DNA of 11,440 nt, taken from NCBI GenBank assembly GCA_964615185.1, contig CAZTOS010000068.1, positions 1 to 11,440 of the forward strand. The letters run 5' to 3'. Below are positions 6,749 to 11,440 of this stretch, piece after piece (position 1 is the stretch's first letter; each line of letters opens with the position of its first letter). A model generated the notes under the pieces. It saw only the letters and a program-made list of their open reading frames with translations. It was not told the origin of the DNA and did not search any database. The translations under genes were made by a program, and so were the position numbers. The stretch is from an uncultured Thermococci archaeon. GTDB lineage: Archaea; Methanobacteriota_B; Thermococci; Thermococcales; Thermococcaceae.

Positions 6749-7990
6749 TCAGAAGAGCCATTGGTTTTCAATACATTCATCACATGGAGGCTTTTCTCCA
6801 GCTATTGCTCTGAATTTCTTGTATATACACTCTGGCAGGCCGAGAGGACATCTATCTGGAGTGAGCTCTGGTCTTACCTTTGTTGGATCAAGCTTTATCC
6901 TGATATATGCTTCGTACTCTTCAACTTTCTTCCATGGGAGGATCTTTGCTCCGTAGATTACTAAATTGTCATAGATCTTTGCATAGTCACCAACAACTGC
7001 ACCTTCTTTGAGGATAACGTTCTTTCCTATCACTACTCCCTCTCCAAGAATTGAGTCCTTGATTTCGCTCTTCTCTTTGATTATGTCGCTTCCAATAAGG
7101 ATTGATCTCTTTAAGTAAGCTCTATCCTCAATTATCGTGTTTGGTCCAATGTAGGTGTAAGCTTTAATCTTTACTCCATGTCCAATTTTTGCTCCGCTGT
7201 CAATATAGACAGGTCCTTGGATTTCAACGTCCTCTGGAACTTCCGCGTCGTCTTTTATTGTGTAGTAACCATCTTCCCTTGCAATTTCATCAAGAGCTAT
7301 CTGATGGGCATAGAATAAATCCTCTGGAGATCCAAGATCAACCCAGTAGTTTTCCTTTGGCATCTTGTATCCGTAAACCAGTCCTTGACTGACAAACTTT
7401 GGAAGTATTTCCCTCTCAAAATAAACTTCTTTTCTTCTCGGTATCTCCTTTAGAACTTCCCTATTGACTACATAGATTCCAGCATCAATCAAGTTTGTCT
7501 TTGGTCTCTTTGGCTTCTCTTCGAATTCTATAACTTTTCCTTCATCATCGGTTATTACAACACCGTATTTTTCTGGGTCATATACTTTTGTCAGAGCCAC
7601 TGTTATCAGACCATCGTTCTTCTTATGAGCCTCAATGAGCTCTGCGAAGTTGAAGTTCGTGAACACATCTCCATAGATTACCAAGAACTCATCAGTGACA
7701 TATTCTTCAACATTCTTTAATGCCCCTCCTGTTTCAAGAGGCATTGGATCGTTCACAAATCTTATATCCTTGGGGTAATCGCTCATTTTTTCCTCTATAA
7801 ACTCCCTAATCTCCCCTCTCATATAGTGAACGGAGAGTATTATTTCATCAATCTCTTTAATCTTCTCTAAGCTTTCCAAGAGATACTGAAGATTGGGCTT
7901 TCCAAGAACAGGAACCATGGGTTTTGGTCTTGTTGATGAAATTGGCCTCAGCCTTGTTCCAAATCCTCCAGCAAGAATAACAGCCTTCAT
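6749..7990 (-). CDS. NDP-sugar pyrophosphorylase (mannose-1-phosphate guanylyltransferase-like) with a hexapeptide beta-helix domain and a Cys-rich tail
   Basis: MKAVILAGGFGTRLRP...PKPMVPV, ETGGAL, YGDV, FEEKP, WVDLG, then hexapeptide repeats. Start placed at ATG 7990 because GGTGGTG lies just upstream as the SD. Confidence 0.88.
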   Translation of the reverse strand: MKAVILAGGFGTRLRPISSTRPKPMVPVLGKPNLQYLLESLEKIKEIDEIILSVHYMRGEIREFIEEKMSDYPKDIRFVNDPMPLETGGALKNVEEYVTDEFLVIYGDVFTNFNFAELIEAHKKNDGLITVALTKVYDPEKYGVVITDDEGKVIEFEEKPKRPKTNLIDAGIYVVNREVLKEIPRRKEVYFEREILPKFVSQGLVYGYKMPKENYWVDLGSPEDLFYAHQIALDEIAREDGYYTIKDDAEVPEDVEIQGPVYIDSGAKIGHGVKIKAYTYIGPNTIIEDRAYLKRSILIGSDIIKEKSEIKDSILGEGVVIGKNVILKEGAVVGDYAKIYDNLVIYGAKILPWKKVEEYEAYIRIKLDPTKVRPELTPDRCPLGLPECIYKKFRAIAGEKPPCDECIENQWLF

Positions 7991-8063
7991 TAACACCACC
8001 GATAATAATTAAGACCTGGCGCTTATATATTTTGCTATATGTTGTTATGGTGTTTTTGAGGAA

Positions 8064-8324
8064 TTATAAGGCTCTTTCAGATATCCGATATATCTGACCC
8101 TTAAAACGAACACATTTCCCAGAGCATACTTTCCTCATTGGACAGCTATTACAAAGTGAACTTCCAAACTCAACTTTCTCAATGTATCCTAAGCTCTCCA
8201 GTATCTTTACTATCCCATTAACCTCTCCAATACTTAAATCTAACATTTTGGCAATTTCTTTAGGATTTGTGTACCCCCTCTTTATAAGCTCAAGAACTTC
8301 TTCAATGTTTGGCACAATTTTCAC
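8064..8324 (-). CDS. FeoC-like small winged-helix protein with a Cys cluster
   Basis: HTH-like segment (NPKEIAKMLDLSIGEVNGIVKILESLGYIEK) followed by C-x2-C-x5-C-x3-C, directly downstream of feoB (GTGA overlap). An alternative GTG start at 8315 is well spaced from the SD GGGGTGA. Confidence 0.78.
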   Translation of the reverse strand: MKIVPNIEEVLELIKRGYTNPKEIAKMLDLSIGEVNGIVKILESLGYIEKVEFGSSLCNSCPMRKVCSGKCVRFKGQIYRISERAL

Positions 8325-10315
8325 CCCAAGATAAATAATCCCAAATGGTATGCAAGAATTCCCACAACAGTGGCTAAGAAGAGATTATAAATAGACGCTA
8401 CTATTGCCCATTTTGTTCCTCCTTCAGCCCTTATTGCAGCGATTGTAGCTATACAGGGAAGATAAAGCGTTGTCACTAATGCCAAAACAAATGCCTGGAG
8501 GGGAGTCATTGCTTGTTTCATTAAAACTGCCAGTGCCTCTCCACTCTCTCCCACCCCATATATGACCCCATATGTAGCAATGACATTCTCCTTTGCAATT
8601 ATGCCAAAAATTAAGCTCACAGCGGCTTTCCAATCAAGACCCATCAATTTAGCCAATGGTTCTAATGTCTTTCCAATCATTTCAACATAGCTTAAGCCAG
8701 TGCCAACAGGTTGTGGATAATTGCTTAGGTACCATATCGCAACTGCTCCAGCAAGAATCACAGTTCCAGCTTTCCTTAAAAATTCCTTACTTCTTTCCCA
8801 TGAGTGAATCACTACACTTCCCCATGAAGGGATAAGATAGTCAGGAAGCTCAATTATAAATGGATTCTCCTCCCCTTTAATGACAAATTTACCAAGTATA
8901 AGGGCTGAAATCAATGCCAGTCCAAGGGAGATTGCATATATGCTGACAGCAACTAATGCATTATGATTTTCAAAGAAAACTCCAGTAAGGAATGTTATAA
9001 CAACCATTCTTGCACTGCAAGGGACTAGAGGATTTACTAACATTGTTAAAATTCTGTCTCTCTCATCGTCCAAGGCCCGAGTTGCCATAATGGCTGGGAC
9101 ATTGCATCCAAATGCCAAAACCATCGGAATAAAGCTCTTCCCAGGCAGGCCAAATTTTCTCATAATCCTCTCCATAACAACAGCGGCTCTTGCCATGTAT
9201 CCAGAGTCCTCAAGAATTGACATTGCAATAAACAGCAGAAAGACTAATGGGAAAAAGCTTAGAACTGCACCAACTCCTCCGATGATGCCATCAACTACTA
9301 ATCCTCTGAGAGTTTCATTTGTTATATAACTTCCAATGATATCCCCCAAAGATGCAAAAAACGAATCTAAAGCCTCTTGTATAGGTGTTCCAACTGTAAA
9401 GACAAATTTAAAGAGGAAGTAAAAGATTATGAGAAGTGAAACCATTCCATAAACAGGATGTGTCAGAATTTTATCAAGCTGATCACTTAATGTCTCTTTT
9501 TGCTCGGCAAAGTGAGTAACAAACTTATGAATTAGGCTGTCGATGAATTCATATTTTTGATTGGCAATAATAATGTCAAGGGATCTTTTATAATGTTCTT
9601 CTAACTCCCCTATGTGTTGCAGAATCTCATCCATTTTTTCATGTCCCAAATATCTCAAAACCAGTTTTATAACCTCTTCATCTCTCGTCAAAAGCTTTAT
9701 AGATAACCATCTTAAGTTATATTTCTCAGCTAAAGCTGTTTCTCTTAATATCTCGCTTATATGAGAGATTTCCCTTTCAATGATATCATCATAAACCGGT
9801 GTTACTGGATTCGTTGTAATTTTACCTTCTGCCATTTCTACTATGATTTTTTTGAGCTCTGCTATACCCCTTCCCTCTTTTGCATTTGTAGGAACAACTG
9901 GAACACCCAAAACTTTCCTCATTTTCTTAAAATTAAACTTTACCCCTTTTTTCTCAGCCAAATCAATCTTGTTAAGCGCAATTACAACATTTTTAACCCC
10001 CATTTCAAGAATTTCCATGGTTAAGAAGAGATTCCTCATTAAGCAGGAAGAATCAACAACGTCAACAATAACATCTGCATTTCCTTCAAGGATAAACTTT
10101 CTTGCAATCAGCTCATCTATAGAGTGAGCAGTTAATGAATAAGTTCCAGGCAGATCAACAACCAAGAACTCTTCATCTTTATATTTCATAATTCCCTCCT
10201 TTTTCTCTACAGTGACTCCAGGCCAGTTCCCAACATGTTGCCTAAGTCCCGTTAATGCGTTAAAAATCGTAGTTTTCCCAACGTTTGGATTACCAGCCAA
10301 GGCTACTACCTTCAT
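8321..10315 (-). CDS. feoB: Ferrous iron transporter FeoB
   Basis: GNPNVGKT, NWPGVT, DLPG and NKID GTPase motifs; a multi-pass membrane domain with FGCNVPA, PCSAR, ELPDY and YLPCIAT. TAATG overlap with feoA. Confidence 0.97.
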   Translation of the reverse strand: MKVVALAGNPNVGKTTIFNALTGLRQHVGNWPGVTVEKKEGIMKYKDEEFLVVDLPGTYSLTAHSIDELIARKFILEGNADVIVDVVDSSCLMRNLFLTMEILEMGVKNVVIALNKIDLAEKKGVKFNFKKMRKVLGVPVVPTNAKEGRGIAELKKIIVEMAEGKITTNPVTPVYDDIIEREISHISEILRETALAEKYNLRWLSIKLLTRDEEVIKLVLRYLGHEKMDEILQHIGELEEHYKRSLDIIIANQKYEFIDSLIHKFVTHFAEQKETLSDQLDKILTHPVYGMVSLLIIFYFLFKFVFTVGTPIQEALDSFFASLGDIIGSYITNETLRGLVVDGIIGGVGAVLSFFPLVFLLFIAMSILEDSGYMARAAVVMERIMRKFGLPGKSFIPMVLAFGCNVPAIMATRALDDERDRILTMLVNPLVPCSARMVVITFLTGVFFENHNALVAVSIYAISLGLALISALILGKFVIKGEENPFIIELPDYLIPSWGSVVIHSWERSKEFLRKAGTVILAGAVAIWYLSNYPQPVGTGLSYVEMIGKTLEPLAKLMGLDWKAAVSLIFGIIAKENVIATYGVIYGVGESGEALAVLMKQAMTPLQAFVLALVTTLYLPCIATIAAIRAEGGTKWAIVASIYNLFLATVVGILAYHLGLFILG

Positions 10316-10545
10316 TAAATTACCCTCCGAACAATGATTTTATCTGCTATCCCTCTACCAAGGGCTATCCTCGAAGTTCCCACAGCCACTATTATTGGCC
10401 CAGGCCTTAAAGATTTAATCACCCAAATCCTAACTCCCGGAGTTATCCCCATCCCCAGAAGTCTTTGCCTAGCTCCAACTCCACCCTGAATGTCTACCAC
10501 AATACCACTTTCACCTTCTCTCATCTGGGTTAAACGCACATACAT
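10315..10545 (-). CDS. feoA: Ferrous iron transport protein FeoA
   Basis: RLLGMGITPG...GPIIVAVG...RIALGRGIADKIIV. ATG 10545 is preferred (5 nt after SD GGTGA 10555-10551); in-frame ATGs also occur at 10551 and 10557. Confidence 0.93.
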   Translation of the reverse strand: MYVRLTQMREGESGIVVDIQGGVGARQRLLGMGITPGVRIWVIKSLRPGPIIVAVGTSRIALGRGIADKIIVRRVI

Positions 10546-10555
10546 GAGCATCACC

Positions 10556-10621
10556 ATTAGGACAGCCTAATTCTGTGGGACTAATAGAATAGGAAGCCTT
10601 AAAAAGTTTTGGTGAGCCTAA
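10556..10621. promoter_or_regulatory. feo promoter with DtxR/IdeR-like operator palindromes
   Basis: Perfect-arm palindrome ATTAGG-ACAG-CCTAAT (10556-10571), one-mismatch copy TTTGG-TGAG-CCTAA (10608-10621) and a weaker TAGG-AAG-CCTTA (10590-10601), around a minus-strand TATA TTTTTAAG (10605-10598). Confidence 0.72.
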
Positions 10622-10702
10622 CGAAAATATAAGGTTCGAAATCTGGAACAGAATAGATTGCTTTTCAATTCAATAAAGTTCGAATATTTTTAAGGTCAAA
10701 AA

Positions 10703-10851
10703 CATGTTCTCGGATTTCTGGCAGGTATAATCTTTCTTCTCATGATTTCATGTCATGCAGTCAACGATTTTTAAGTTTGATTGCTCTTATCTCGTGGATA
10801 CTCGAAATAATTAGAGCATACCACGGAGAATACTATAATCCAATTGCAGAG
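10703..10851 (+). pseudogene. Degraded relic of a DUF4870-like small membrane protein gene
   Basis: Three collinear fragments in three frames: HVLGFLAGIIFLLM (10703-10744), FHVMQSTIF (10746-10772) and LSLIALISWILEIIRAYHGEYYNPIAE (10771-10851). They match the family pattern as I recall it (LGFxxGIIFLL...RFHAxQS...WIxxxxKAYxGExYxxP). No start codon or SD. Confidence 0.65.
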
Positions 10852-10884
10852 AACAAACTCAAAAAGATGAACACCTGGTATAAA

Positions 10885-10892
10885 TTTTTAAA
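10885..10892 (+). promoter_or_regulatory. TATA box implying a leaderless or near-leaderless PP-loop gene
   Basis: TTTTTAAA ends 22 nt before ATG 10915. The intervening sequence is pyrimidine-rich and has no SD. Confidence 0.5.
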
Positions 10893-10914
10893 TCCCTCCT
10901 TTTTATTTTTCACC

Positions 10915-11440
10915 ATGCTTTCAAAAGTGATAAAAGAGATTGAACAGTTTGCAAAAAACACGGGACTTTACGAAAAGAAAATACTCCTCATGTTCTCTGG
11001 GGGAAAAGACAGCAGTTTAGCTTTATATATTATGAAAAAAGCTGATTTAGATGTTTCTGCCCTGACCTTCTTCCATAAGTGGAGCTGGAGAGAGCCCATG
11101 CTGTGGGCAATGGACTTCACTAAAAAGCTTGAAGTTGAACATTATCTCATAGACATAACAGAAGGTCTCCTCAGGAATTCAATTGGAAAGAAAGGCCCAA
11201 TATGCATTCACTGCAAAAAAGTTATGCTAAGAAACGCCTACTGGTTCGCAAAAATTAACGACTTTGATATTTTGGCCAAGGGAGATAACGCAAATGACAA
11301 AATAATCGGAGCTCTGCTCGATCAGTGGAAAGGAGATATAAGGCTGAGTGAAATTCCGAGAATTGGAATTCCGATATTCAGACCTCTGATAAAGTACACT
11401 GCAGAAGAAGTTGAAAAACTTGCAGAGGAGGCTCGAATAA
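10915..11440 (+). CDS. PP-loop ATP pyrophosphatase (adenine nucleotide alpha-hydrolase superfamily; TtcA/TtuA/QueC-like), 3' end outside the window
   Basis: Hand translation gives MLSKVIKEIEQF...KILLMFSGGKDSSLAL (PP-loop)...GPICIHCKKVM (CxxC)...LAKGDNAND...IFRPLIKYTAEEV, open to the window end. It is missing from the ORF track because it has no stop. Confidence 0.87.
   Translation, partial: MLSKVIKEIEQFAKNTGLYEKKILLMFSGGKDSSLALYIMKKADLDVSALTFFHKWSWREPMLWAMDFTKKLEVEHYLIDITEGLLRNSIGKKGPICIHCKKVMLRNAYWFAKINDFDILAKGDNANDKIIGALLDQWKGDIRLSEIPRIGIPIFRPLIKYTAEEVEKLAEEARI

Noticed and set aside
5887..7392. ORFs 5887-6168 (-), 6104-6289 (-), 6761-6964 (+) and 7189-7392 (+)
   Set aside because: Antisense overlaps of dacZ or the nucleotidyltransferase with no independent support.
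7991..7999. ORF-track start at GTG 7999 for the nucleotidyltransferase
   Set aside because: That GTG is part of the SD-like GGTGGTG. The family N-terminus MKAVILAGG begins at ATG 7990.
8424..10127. ORFs 8424-8633 (-), 9090-9329 (+), 9761-10024 (+) and 9843-10127 (+)
   Set aside because: Alternative-frame or antisense ORFs nested in feoB.
10633..10686. GGTTCGAAATC and GTTCGAAT resembling tRNA T-loops or an att remnant
   Set aside because: No T-stem, acceptor stem or cloverleaf, the context is AT-rich whereas hyperthermophile tRNAs are GC-rich, and no integrase is nearby.
1..11440. CRISPR array, IS element or defence system
   Set aside because: No regularly spaced 25-40 bp repeats, transposase, terminal inverted repeats or nuclease/effector genes were seen. 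The cyclase-like genes are DacZ and CYTH types, not CBASS or Pycsar types.

Overview
AT-rich archaeal chromosomal segment that looks like Thermococcales (GGTGA ribosome-binding sites, TTTATAAA/TTTTTAAG TATA boxes, a CGP-CTERM-like sorting tail). Left to right: a 5'-truncated M29-type aminopeptidase; an uncalled 54-codon gene with its own promoter, SD and terminator; an Obg/YchF-family GTPase; a minus-strand pair of predicted surface-anchored proteins (ConA/LamG-like protein with a PIP-type tail, then a GH114-like glycoside hydrolase with a CGP-like tail); a ubiX-Lrp-CYTH(cyaB) operon divergent from a DacZ-type diadenylate cyclase; a sugar-phosphate nucleotidyltransferase with a 4-Cys tail; a feoA-feoB-feoC-like operon with DtxR-like palindromes over its promoter; a deleted relic of a DUF4870-like membrane gene; and a 3'-truncated PP-loop ATPase. 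The best leads are a one-base frameshift in an A7 run right after the SD-linked start of the surface-protein operon, the surface glycan-binding/hydrolase module itself, the uncalled small protein and the hidden pseudogene. No rRNA, tRNA, CRISPR array or transposase was seen. All family calls come from motif recognition, not database searches.
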